Origin: Candidatus Poribacteria bacterium
GTDB lineage: Bacteria > Poribacteria > WGA-4E > WGA-3G
Length of the DNA: 64,000 nt
NCBI GenBank assembly: GCA_963422705.1
Contig: OY730443.1
Span: 286,694 to 350,693 of the forward strand
Reading direction: 5' to 3'
The translations under genes and the position numbers were made by a program. Below, piece by piece: positions 1 to 9,328 of this stretch. The notes under the pieces are model-generated. The model was not told the DNA's origin. It ran no database searches and worked only from the letters and a program-made list of their open reading frames with translations. How positions within the stretch are numbered: the first letter of the stretch is position 1; each line of letters begins with the position of its first letter.

Positions 1-484
1 AAACATCGTTTGTAATCTCCCTTACGGGTTGTATATTGCCCCTTCCAGAGCGCAATATCGTAGCGTGAATCGGACGAGGGGAGTATCCGAAACATTGTTT
101 AGGCCACCACGCCCAGATAAAGCGATATTTTACTGTAGAAAATAGTTTAACCTGTGGAGTGAACGTTTGGTATACGCTTCGCACAAGCCCCCGACTTCTG
201 TCGCGGGTTATTGACATAGATATCTCCTTTATCGTTATAAAATAGTATCGATAACACAGCACAGCACAATGATAGATACTGAAATATAGAATTGAAATCG
301 TGTACAGTGAGTGAGTCAACTTAATCATGAAGATTATAACCTTGTGGACGCCGCGGGCAGATGCCTTCGTTTGAACGGCGTCCACAAGCGGGAATTCAGG
401 AGGGAGGAGTGCAAGAGAAAAAGCACCCCCGCTTCCACTAGCAACAGAGCGTTGACGTTCACCGTTTTCCAAGAACATCACTTT

Positions 485-1318
485 TTAGTAACTGCTTTTG
501 ACATCGCCCCAGGTTGTGGAGAGTTTGGCATGCGGTTCTACAGCTGTCGTCGAGAAGCCGTCCGGGCCTGTCACAAGAATACTTCCGACTCTGCCATTTC
601 CCCAACTTTCATGCCAAATTCCGACAGAACCGGGGCCCGCATGTTCAGCGCCATCGAACTCCGCAACCGCGTCACCGAGTTCGTCTGAATTCACAAAGAT
701 GTCAGGCACATCGGCGAGCGGCATATACCATACCTGGATGAGGGTATCCGTAACTTGAATACGTCCGAAATAGGCGACGCTGTTATCTTGCGATAAGTCC
801 GCCCCTAATCCGTGTTCAACCCCGAGGAGTTCATTACCACCGTTTTCGCATGCACACTGGTCCAGACAATTACCGGAGGGGCAGCATCCATCTGCAAGAC
901 TCGCGATGATGATTTGGGCGGTTTCGTTGTAGCCAAAAGCGACGAGGTAGCCCTTATCCTCACCGACGCGCCGGAATTGGAATCCGACACCATCATCGTC
1001 TTGCCAGGAGAAGACACCTTGAATAATCCCGTCCGTGAAATTATCAACACCCGGTAAAGGGGTATTCCCAGAGGCGCCGCATCCCTCCGTAGTCTGATGT
1101 AAGCCCCCTTCACCACCTTCCGGGAAATCTGAGGCTTCCGCCCAAACGGTGTCGGCGTTTTCAGAAACGTAATTCGCAGCATCGTTGACGGCGGCATCCG
1201 GCACTGCATCTTGCGAATCTGCCTCAAAATCAGCGTAGAAAATCACCTGCGCACTCACTGAACTGAGAAGAATAACTGAAAATAGCGCAACGAACATCAT
1301 AAGGCTGGTTCTTTTCAT
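485..1318 (-). CDS. secreted hypothetical protein
   Basis: 277-aa ORF. Hydrophobic N-terminus MKRTSLMMFVALFSVILLSSVSA followed by AQ, consistent with a Sec signal peptide. Gly/Asp-rich. No catalytic motif recognised. Confidence 0.5.
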   Translation of the reverse strand: MKRTSLMMFVALFSVILLSSVSAQVIFYADFEADSQDAVPDAAVNDAANYVSENADTVWAEASDFPEGGEGGLHQTTEGCGASGNTPLPGVDNFTDGIIQGVFSWQDDDGVGFQFRRVGEDKGYLVAFGYNETAQIIIASLADGCCPSGNCLDQCACENGGNELLGVEHGLGADLSQDNSVAYFGRIQVTDTLIQVWYMPLADVPDIFVNSDELGDAVAEFDGAEHAGPGSVGIWHESWGNGRVGSILVTGPDGFSTTAVEPHAKLSTTWGDVKSSY

Positions 1319-1620
1319 TTTGTAGTTCCTTTTATCGATTAGATAGTAAGCAAACTAAAATAGCCTGCACAAGATATGTGAATCCTGCTAATGTGCTACC
1401 TTTAGCAGGAGTGTTTCGTATTCCCTACTTCCATCCTCAATCAGTGGATAATCAAGCGCTTTGAAGGCGAAAGTAGGATATTATTAATTTAGCAAAAAGG
1501 CATATTTTTATCAAATTCTTCGGTGTCAAAATCCCCTTGCTTTAGCTGGGGGATGTAGACACCGTCTATAGTTGCGTCGAAAATAACTTAGACTTTCGCC
1601 TCATAATATGGTATACTAAT

Positions 1621-1707
1621 AGTATCAAGTTGGGGCAGACATGTCAAGCGTAGTCGCAAGGCTACGTGTCTGCCTACCCACTTGATAGGGGTTAAAAACT
1701 TGATACT
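1621..1707 (+). promoter_or_regulatory. structured leader element between LE promoter and tnpB (outer stem agtatcaagt/acttgatact enclosing a nested hairpin)
   Basis: Outer inverted repeat 1621-1630 / 1698-1707. Inner stem ggcagaca/tgtctgcc. Innermost cgtag-[tcgcaagg]-ctacg. The same architecture occurs in copy C (42352-42436) with compensatory changes (cagaa/ttctg) and an identical loop tcgcaagg. Confidence 0.45.
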
Positions 1708-2232
1708 TGATATCCCATGAGAAACACGAAACATAAACTTTTTTACGATAACTCTCTGAAGCGTCTGCATGACGAGTGTAATATCTGCGGTGTTGTGCGA
1801 AACCACTTCATTGCATTGTGTATGCGATATTACCGCAGATATGGTAAGGGACTTTCGTATTCCAAGATGTCTGCACATTTGACGACACTCAAGAAACTTG
1901 AGAAATACAAGCATTGGCATATCCCTTACTCGTGGGCGTTACAAAATGTTTTGAAACGGTTATCACAATCTTTCCGAGAAATGAAAACACTCGAGCGTAG
2001 GGCAAAACCGCCGTTTTGCGGCAGAGGACATCCGCAATTCAAGTCGTGTAAGAAACACAAAGGTATGACGCTTCGTGGTGAACAGATTAAGTTAGAATGC
2101 CTACTACCTAAACAGAAAAACTCATAAACCACCCGACGTATCGTATTCGTCTTAACGGACATTGGTATCGTTTTGCCTTACACAGAACCATAGAAGGCAA
2201 AATCAAACAGGTTCAAGTCACAAGAGACGCAC

Positions 2233-2261
2233 TCGGTTAGAACCGTATACCGTTCTATCGG
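2233..2261. repeat. 29-bp sequence tcggttagaaccgtataccgttctatcgg, identical to 34068-34096
   Basis: Exact match between the two loci, read directly from the sequence. Contains the inverted repeat tagaac/gttcta around the gtatac core. Sits at the break between tnpB fragments. Confidence 0.6.
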
Positions 2262-2405
2262 AGATATGTATCTTACGCTCACTGAAGACTATAGCGAAGT
2301 CACCCCCGAACCCAAGACAGGTAAAGCTGAAGGGTTCGATATGGGTATCAAAGACTTCCTGACTGGCAGTGATGGTGAACGCTACGGTTCTCCGATGTTC
2401 TACAC

Positions 2406-2487
2406 AAGGTAGCAAGCAACATGCTTGCCACAGAACGCTGATAAGTTAGCGAACGCACAAAAAAGGTAGCAAGCAACATGCTTGCCA
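2406..2487 (+). repeat. 57-bp tandem duplication inside tnpB-A (25-bp repeat aaggtagcaagcaacatgcttgcca at 2406-2430 and 2463-2487)
   Basis: Direct repeat read from the sequence. Contains the palindrome gcaagcaacatgcttgc. Confidence 0.6.
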
Positions 2488-3175
2488 GCGCATTCTCGTA
2501 AAGTCAAAGGTTCTCATAACAGAGAGCGTGAACGTAAGAAGGTCGCTCGTATTCATAAAAAGACTGAAAATCAGAGAACCGACTACCAGTGGAAACTTGC
2601 CATAGCACTGTGTCAAAAGTTTGATATTCTGTTCTTTGAAGACCTTAATCTTGACGGAATGAAACGGCTTTGGGGTAAACAGGTTTCCGATGTTGGCTTT
2701 GGTGAGTTCATGCAGAAACTGAAACACCAGAGCAAAAAGCGGATACGCGCTGTGTTGAAGATTAGTCGGTGGCCTCCGACAAGTAAAAGCTGTTCTGTTT
2801 GTAATCATAAAAAGGATAATCTCACGTTAGCAGAGCGTGAATGGACGTGTCCGAAGTGTAAGACGCACTTGGATAGAGACCAAAACGCTGCGATGAACAT
2901 TCTCAAGGAAGGGATAGCTTCCTTTGGTTTAGGAGACGTAAGCCCCATTGTTTTGCTTGGCAAAATCGTTGGCTACTCCGTTGAAGCAACCAGTCCGCGA
3001 AACAAAGGAGAGCGCTACGCTTCTGAAATCCACAAACGCTTTCGCATCACTTTGCGGAAGCCCCCATGCTTTAGCTGGGGTTCTATCACCAAATTAAGAA
3101 TTATTCATGAGGAGATTCAGCGGCATCACACGCACCGAAGGAAACCGCGCTAAGCAAAACAGCGAGTTTCCCTGT

Positions 3176-6100
3176 TCACGCTTCCGTCAACTCAGACGGT
3201 AACCCGTCAGTAATTTCAGTCGACGCGACACTGACATAAACCAGTCGTTTTATCACGGTAATAAGTTCATCCGGTTCTGCAAACCACTCATTTGCGTCAT
3301 TGATGATGCCACTCTCCTTGTCCCGCGTCACCTTGTACCTATCAATTAACCACTCCAGGGGCGTCCGCCCGTTAACCACATACCGATGCGCCTCCGAAGG
3401 AATACCAGATACACGCGTCTCCTCATTGATGATAAGCGTCTCTTTGCTCATCTTATCCGAAAACCGCATCGCTTTTGAACTCAATCGAAAATTACCCGTC
3501 GGGGCATCCACGGAAAGGGGGTACGCCTCACACGTCTCATAATTCAGGTGGAGCCGCGCGAGCGCCGCACCCGCATCCGAAAACGCGCCGAAATCAGGCG
3601 CAAACGGAATGCGTGGTAACATCTTCGAAACATCATTCGCGAACCTTTCACGATACACCGACGAATGCAATACGCCGTAAACATAATCGAAAATCGCATC
3701 CTTCGTGATGCCGTCATCCCGATAATGCGCACGGAACGCCGCCAGCGCGGTATCCGATATGTTGTCAAGCCGCCCGCCGCTGGGTGGGTATTCCCACCGC
3801 GGAAAGCATTGGCATCCGTTGTTTAAATTGAGGTCCGGCATGACATCGGTGATGAGCGCAGAAAACGGCTTTTTGGAACCGATAGTCGGCACACATATCA
3901 CGCGGTTTTCACTCGACAAGGAAGGAAACATCCTGTCCATCCGGTGTTTACTCTGTGAGAGCGTATAATCCGCGTAACAATTCGTGGGCACAAAGGGGCG
4001 ATAGCTCACCTTTCGAAGGTATTCCGCTTTAAAGTCAACCCTTTTCTTTTGTTCGAGTCTCTTTTTCAGCTCTGCTCCCCACTTAATATGCTGTCTTGCG
4101 TTGTGCCGGTGTACTACCTCATCCACAGTCAGTTCAGGATTTTCCTCAAGTTCAGAAAGCGCGCCGAGGTACTCTTTCGTCATGCGTCGGGCGTTTTCGA
4201 GGCATGCGTCGTGAGAGAAGTTGTAGAGATAGGCGTCCCTACCGGTTGCATACCCGCGTGAATACAACTTAAATATCGCATCGTCTGCCTTGCCCGCCTT
4301 TGTCTCCTTGGTGCCCATCGGATAAAACCGCGCAAACGCATCGCTCCGCTGGTTAACCCAATCGTGATGCGCGTTCGGCGTAATTGTCTGCCAATCGCTG
4401 AACCCTTTGATGGAGCCCGCATCCCGCAACGCCGTTAGCTTCTGCTCGCGCGTGAGGTAATCCCCGATATCACGGTATCGGATTTCACACCTTTTCGTCC
4501 TGCTTTTTTTTCGATTTTTCTGCTGTTTTTGGCAATCCGCTGATAATCTCGTCGAAGATTTCTCATGTTTTCGTCGTGCTAAGCGATGGGGGTTTTTTAC
4601 CAAGATGATGATGGCAACCGGGGCGCGGGAACCGCTGCCGAATACCTTCCCCCCTTCACGACGCGACACCTCACCTTGGGTTCGCTGATTCCCTCGAAGG
4701 TGTAGCACGTAAATAGAACTGAATTCGGAGGCGAGACACGCCCGGAGCCCCGACTCGGCGTTCCCATCAACCCACGAACCGTTGGTAACGAAGGCGATAA
4801 CCCCCTCTTCACCAATCCTGTCGCTTGCCCACCGGAGTGCCAGTTTGTAGGTGTCGTAGAGACTATTCTTATTGGTTACTGTCGATGCCGCGGCATAGGT
4901 GTCCCGGATGCGTTTTTCAAGCGCCGGATAGTGCACATTAGGGTTGTCGTCGGCAGCACTCCTCTGCTTCGCGGACCACGGTGGGTTACCGACGATGACA
5001 CGGATGCCCCGTTCCTGTTGGTTTTCGGTGCGTTTGTTGTTATCCATCAGCCAGAGCAGGGGTTCTGTCTCTCTGTCCAGAATTGGTGTTGTGTTGAGCG
5101 TGAAGGTATCGGTGAGGGCGATGCCGTTGAACGGTTGTTTCTCAAGTCCCGTCTGCGCCAGAGACGACGCAGCCCCTTCAGGGCGCCGGCTGCGGAAGGC
5201 TTCCTCGATATTGATGGCGGCGATGTAATAAGCGAGGAGTACGATTTCGTTGGCGTGCAGTTCATGAGCGTATTTCCGTTCCACGTCCGTGGGCGCGATG
5301 AGTTCAGATTGGAGCAGGCGCGCCAGAAAGGTGCCGACGCCGGCGAACGGTTCGAGGATATGCACACCTTCATCGGAGATGCTTCGTCCGAATTCATCGC
5401 GCAGCACATCGTCGGCGCTTTTCAAAATGAAGTCGACGATGTCAACCGGTGTGTAGACGATACCGAGTCGTTCCGCCTCTTTTTTTAGCGCCGTGGCGAA
5501 AAATTTCTCGTAGAGTTCCAACAGCACGCGCTGTTTGCCTGCGCTGTTATCGATGCCGCGGGCGCGCAGGCGGACGCTGTCGTAAAAGCCTTCCAACTCC
5601 CGCGTCTCGTCTAAGAGTCCGAATTCCGCGAAATCGGCCCGGAGCGTGTCCAGCGCTATCGCCACCGGGTTGCTAGAGGCGAATGTGTCATTCTCAAAGA
5701 GTGCGTCGAAAACGGGGTTTGTGATGATATGCTGCGCCATCATATCGATGGCGTCGCCGCGCGTGATAGCGCCATTTATCGCGCTTTTGAGTTCGGTATG
5801 GAACGCGTCAAACCATTCTTGCAGCGCCGTATTTGCTGGATGTCGCAGTAATCCCTCAATGCGTGCGACGACGCGCAAGAAAATATCGGCGACGTCCTTC
5901 GCCCAGCTCTCCCAATATTTTCTATCGCCGCACTGTTCCACGATTTGCGCGAAGATAGCGTCCGCGGGGATATCCAGCGGCAACGTCAGCTGTGAGGAAA
6001 ACGCCGCATCGCCGTTAAACTCGCCCTTAAACTCGCCCTCAAAGATGATGCGTTGGGTGGGCGTCGTGTTGATGTCGATGCTGTTGATTTCCGCGTTGAG

Positions 6101-8041
6101 TCTATCGTCGTGTGAACGGAGGGCGCGGAGCACATTCCACACAGATTTGAAGCGTTCGGTATCATTGAGGATTTTGCCCGGTTCGGCGCCCTCCGGAATC
6201 GCGACAGGCAGGATAATGTACCCATAACTCTTCCCCGGCGATTTGCGCATCACGCGTCCTACCGCCTGCACGATATCGACGTATGAGTTCCGCGGCGTCA
6301 TGAAAAGCACCGCGTCGAGGGCCGGGACGTCGATACCTTCGGAGAGACACCGGGCGTTGGAGAGGATGCGGCAGACGTCATCGCCGCCACCTTTCAACCA
6401 TTCAATCCGTTTTTTTCGTAAGAGCGCATTATCTTTCCCGTCGACATGTTCGGTTTCGCACTCAAACGGCGCCATTGTTTGCGTGTCGGGTAGCCGCTGT
6501 AGCGCGCTATCGATAACACCGTTCCAATGTTTGACAAGGCTTTTCGACGCGGCGATGGTATTGGAGAACGCGATGGCACGCCTCAGCGGCTGCCTATCGG
6601 TATCAGATTTTCTTTCAGGGTTTTGGAGTGCCCGCCAGCACCCCACAATTTTTGTCGCGTCGTTAATGTTAATCTCCCCGCCACCCGTGGCGAGGTATTT
6701 CTGCAGTACGGGGCCCACCCCTTGCTCCGACATCGCGAGCACAACTACCTTGTAGTCAGAGAGTAAGTCCTGCTCAACCGCGCGCGAGAAGGGCAGCCGG
6801 TGAAATTCTGCCCCGTAGGTAGCCGCATCGTCCATCGAATAAACGTCTCTCTCATGCCGCGCTGCCTTCGCTTTGGCCCCGGCGGTATAGAGGCGGGATG
6901 TCGCCGTCATGTATAGGCGTCTCTTTGCGTGAATGCGCGCCGCATCGTGGATGAGCACGAACGGCGAGGTGGTATCGTCCGGGGCTTCGACACCCGTGGT
7001 GCGATGCGCTTCATCACACAGCACGATATCAAACGGCGGCGCCCCCTCTTTTTGCGCGGTTTCCACAATCGGCAGCGACTGATAGGTACAGAAAACCACC
7101 CGCATATTATCGGCATCCGGTTTCTGTAGTGCCGCGGAGATGTCGCCCACAGCTGTCGTCACAGGGAGTTCGAGTTCGAGGAGGGATGCATCTTCAGCGG
7201 TTTTGCCCGCCTTTGTATCAGAGCAGATACCGATATATCGGTGCGGTATCCCCTGCTGCTCCGCCCATTCGCGCATCGCTTGCGAAAAGAGCCCAATAGA
7301 CGGTACGAGATATAGCACGCGCCCACCTACCCCCGCGAGATGTTCGGCGATGCGGAGTGCCGTGAAGGTTTTCCCCGTGCCGCACGCCATCAGCAGTTTA
7401 CCACGCGCAGCGGTTTTGAACCCATGAACCACATCGTCAAACGCTTCCTGCTGATGCCGCCGGAGGCGGAACGTCTCCTGTCGATACGCGAGCTGTTCAG
7501 GCGCTTGCCGACTGAGTTCCGGCCAGGTTACCGGGCGGCTGGCGAGTTCCGCGGCGCTGATGCGGTGACATGCCGGGCGCAGCCCATCCAGCGTTTTACG
7601 CACAGTCGCGCTCCAGGTATCGCTCGTATCCACGAAGATACGCGCGGTAAACGGCTCCCGCGCCGACGCGGCGATAAAGGTGTCGACAGCAGCCTTCGTA
7701 ATACGCGTGTTTTCCGCGTAACATTTGCATTGGATGGCGCAGTAGCCACCGGCGCGTTCTTCGGCAACAATGTCGATACCGGTATCAACCGCGTCAAATT
7801 CCGGACGGCGTTCCGCCCAGTCCGCCCACAGATACACCGCCGAAAAGCGGTTCTTGTAGAACGCATCTTCGAGAAGATAGCTGCGTATCAAGCGCTCAAA
7901 CAGTCTCCCCTTTTCGTATTCGGTATCCGCATGCTCACGAATGTAAGTGAGCGCCCTGTCGAACCCGTTATCCGTTTCTGCCGTGTCGTCGGTTCCCAAT
8001 TCGAGATAAGCTTGTGTCACTTCTGACATATCGGTTTCCAA
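3176..8041 (-). CDS. Type ISP restriction-modification enzyme (Mrr-like PD-(D/E)xK nuclease + SF2 helicase-like ATPase + gamma-class N6-adenine methyltransferase + TRD in one ~1620-aa chain)
   Basis: N-terminal DIVAEE...CAIQCKCY (Mrr/PD-ExK). Walker A MACGTGKTFTAL, DEAH-like box VLCDEAHRT, helicase motif VI QAVGRVMR. MTase motif I EPFAGVGTFL and motif IV NPPW (IVGNPPWSAKQ). C-terminal TRD-like region. Domain order matches LlaGI/LlaBIII-type single-polypeptide enzymes. The likely ATG is at 8029 (MSEVTQ...). Confidence 0.75.
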   Translation of the reverse strand: METDMSEVTQAYLELGTDDTAETDNGFDRALTYIREHADTEYEKGRLFERLIRSYLLEDAFYKNRFSAVYLWADWAERRPEFDAVDTGIDIVAEERAGGYCAIQCKCYAENTRITKAAVDTFIAASAREPFTARIFVDTSDTWSATVRKTLDGLRPACHRISAAELASRPVTWPELSRQAPEQLAYRQETFRLRRHQQEAFDDVVHGFKTAARGKLLMACGTGKTFTALRIAEHLAGVGGRVLYLVPSIGLFSQAMREWAEQQGIPHRYIGICSDTKAGKTAEDASLLELELPVTTAVGDISAALQKPDADNMRVVFCTYQSLPIVETAQKEGAPPFDIVLCDEAHRTTGVEAPDDTTSPFVLIHDAARIHAKRRLYMTATSRLYTAGAKAKAARHERDVYSMDDAATYGAEFHRLPFSRAVEQDLLSDYKVVVLAMSEQGVGPVLQKYLATGGGEININDATKIVGCWRALQNPERKSDTDRQPLRRAIAFSNTIAASKSLVKHWNGVIDSALQRLPDTQTMAPFECETEHVDGKDNALLRKKRIEWLKGGGDDVCRILSNARCLSEGIDVPALDAVLFMTPRNSYVDIVQAVGRVMRKSPGKSYGYIILPVAIPEGAEPGKILNDTERFKSVWNVLRALRSHDDRLNAEINSIDINTTPTQRIIFEGEFKGEFNGDAAFSSQLTLPLDIPADAIFAQIVEQCGDRKYWESWAKDVADIFLRVVARIEGLLRHPANTALQEWFDAFHTELKSAINGAITRGDAIDMMAQHIITNPVFDALFENDTFASSNPVAIALDTLRADFAEFGLLDETRELEGFYDSVRLRARGIDNSAGKQRVLLELYEKFFATALKKEAERLGIVYTPVDIVDFILKSADDVLRDEFGRSISDEGVHILEPFAGVGTFLARLLQSELIAPTDVERKYAHELHANEIVLLAYYIAAINIEEAFRSRRPEGAASSLAQTGLEKQPFNGIALTDTFTLNTTPILDRETEPLLWLMDNNKRTENQQERGIRVIVGNPPWSAKQRSAADDNPNVHYPALEKRIRDTYAAASTVTNKNSLYDTYKLALRWASDRIGEEGVIAFVTNGSWVDGNAESGLRACLASEFSSIYVLHLRGNQRTQGEVSRREGGKVFGSGSRAPVAIIILVKNPHRLARRKHEKSSTRLSADCQKQQKNRKKSRTKRCEIRYRDIGDYLTREQKLTALRDAGSIKGFSDWQTITPNAHHDWVNQRSDAFARFYPMGTKETKAGKADDAIFKLYSRGYATGRDAYLYNFSHDACLENARRMTKEYLGALSELEENPELTVDEVVHRHNARQHIKWGAELKKRLEQKKRVDFKAEYLRKVSYRPFVPTNCYADYTLSQSKHRMDRMFPSLSSENRVICVPTIGSKKPFSALITDVMPDLNLNNGCQCFPRWEYPPSGGRLDNISDTALAAFRAHYRDDGITKDAIFDYVYGVLHSSVYRERFANDVSKMLPRIPFAPDFGAFSDAGAALARLHLNYETCEAYPLSVDAPTGNFRLSSKAMRFSDKMSKETLIINEETRVSGIPSEAHRYVVNGRTPLEWLIDRYKVTRDKESGIINDANEWFAEPDELITVIKRLVYVSVASTEITDGLPSELTEA

Positions 8042-8211
8042 TTCAGATTTGTTTTAGCGTGTTCGTATTGTGACGTTATCATTGATTTTTCTACCCATCT
8101 TCTTACGGTTCATCGGTAGTTTCTTAACTCTATGATGATAACCGTATACTCAATTTTTGTCAAGTAAAAAATATCGTTATATTTCCATTTCAAATTGAGG
8201 CAGCCACAAGA

Positions 8212-9198
8212 TTACCAATTTTGGTCATACTCCCAATTGACGCGCTGTCTACCGTATAGCTTACCGTCAATTTCAGTCTGATGGCAAACGAAGCATCTAT
8301 GGTAGTCAGCGACGCCATGTAATTCGTGTGCTTGGCGAATTTCTGGTGTATTATGCACATGGCACGCAATACAGGTGTAGCTGCGATAGGCGGAATCGGC
8401 GTAAATACCGAGCGGGGCGCGCTCTTCACGCGCGCTGATATGATAGGCGCGGTTCCCCGCTTCAATCTTCCACGAACGCCCCACCGTTTTGATGGACACA
8501 GGTGACGTTTGCGGAATATCAACGCCGTGTTGTGATAACCACCAGTGGATATCGTCCGGAACGGTTTTTGACATATCCAATTCTTGCTGAAGTGACGCAT
8601 CGACATGAAACAGTAGCGGTTCAGAAGTATGGCATCTCACACAAGGTACATCGTGAACATCGGTGAGCGGAAAGAACTCGTCGTGCTCCAGTTTTTGTTG
8701 TCCATGGAAAATAATGCTAATGAGCAGAATCGGCGCGAGAATGAGGTGGCACCGGAGTAAGAGCCGACGCGCACGACGCTTCGTGAGACTGACAGCGATA
8801 CCAGTCCCTAAATTTGACAATGCTAACAAAAACGTTAACCATGAATGCCAGAGAAGCGGTTGGAATGCAGAATGGATGAGCACTAAACATAACCCGAACG
8901 AAGCGATTCGTTGGTGATATCTCAGCCAGCGCTGCCGATTTCCCCATCGAATCCAACGGCTCCGGAGCAGATAGAGACTCGCAATACCGATAGCGATTGC
9001 GCCAATGATGCTGAGTGTATGGCGTGCCTCTCCGAAATTACCAGCATGCCAACTGCAGAAAATAGATACGACAACCGCCCCGATAATACCGTGCGCAATG
9101 TTAATGTAAACTTTCACGACAAGATGTTCCTGCCTTTTTTGCACCAAGCTTACTATAAAATAAGCCATTATCGCAAGAATAAAGTCACGGAAATCCAT
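8212..9198 (-). CDS. membrane protein: ferric-reductase-like six-TM domain with conserved His, fused to a C-terminal triheme c-type cytochrome
   Basis: About six hydrophobic segments with His residues (HGIIG, HSAF, HLIL, FHGQQ). Three CxxCH motifs (CVRCH, CIACH, CFVCH) in the C-terminal 130 aa. Confidence 0.5.
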   Translation of the reverse strand: MDFRDFILAIMAYFIVSLVQKRQEHLVVKVYINIAHGIIGAVVVSIFCSWHAGNFGEARHTLSIIGAIAIGIASLYLLRSRWIRWGNRQRWLRYHQRIASFGLCLVLIHSAFQPLLWHSWLTFLLALSNLGTGIAVSLTKRRARRLLLRCHLILAPILLISIIFHGQQKLEHDEFFPLTDVHDVPCVRCHTSEPLLFHVDASLQQELDMSKTVPDDIHWWLSQHGVDIPQTSPVSIKTVGRSWKIEAGNRAYHISAREERAPLGIYADSAYRSYTCIACHVHNTPEIRQAHELHGVADYHRCFVCHQTEIDGKLYGRQRVNWEYDQNW

Positions 9199-9328
9199 TT
9201 TATGTATCCGGTTACATTTATAAAGAACATGAGAATGACAATGCTTCTCTACGTTTCGTATCAGAGATTTTTTACTGATATCTTGACAGATATCTTTAGC
9301 ATCTGTTAAAATAGCAGTTAATCACAGA

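Larger units (their letters stand above)
1523..3089 (+). mobile_element. IS200/IS605-family element copy A (tnpB-only, IS1341-like arrangement), degraded
   Basis: LE hairpin ccccttgctttagctggggg at 1533-1552 and RE hairpin cccccatgctttagctgggg at 3061-3080 are homologous to the ends of copies B and C. An extended -10 (tgGTATACT, 1612-1617) sits upstream of tnpB. Lies tail-to-tail about 90 bp from the Type ISP gene stop. Confidence 0.6.
1717..3153 (+). pseudogene. tnpB: tnpB (IS605 OrfB / TnpB RNA-guided nuclease) copy A, frameshifted
   Basis: The N-terminal fragment 1717-2127, the RuvC-I region GFDMGIKDF in another frame (about 2330-2400), and the C-terminal fragment 2482-3153 (FEDLNLDGMKRLW, zinc-finger CSVC...CPKC, HLDRDQNAA) lie in three frames. 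The ORF runs through the RE because no stop precedes it. Confidence 0.7.

Noticed and set aside
150-210. RE-like motif 'cgcacaagcccccgac' near the window start
   Set aside because: It shares only about 11 nt (gcacaagcccc) with the copy B RE and lacks the ctttag hairpin, so it is insufficient to call another IS end.
311-758. ORFs 311-688 and 498-758 on the + strand
   Set aside because: They overlap the 3' half of the better-supported minus-strand signal-peptide protein (485-1318) and have no motifs of their own.
3176-8041. Many 60-230-aa ORFs on both strands inside the Type ISP gene (for example 4931-5488, 5646-6227, 6243-6755, 7340-8026)
   Set aside because: They lie entirely within a long, motif-supported coding region of elevated GC. 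These are typical antisense or shifted-frame open stretches, and they carry no start/RBS context or recognisable motifs.
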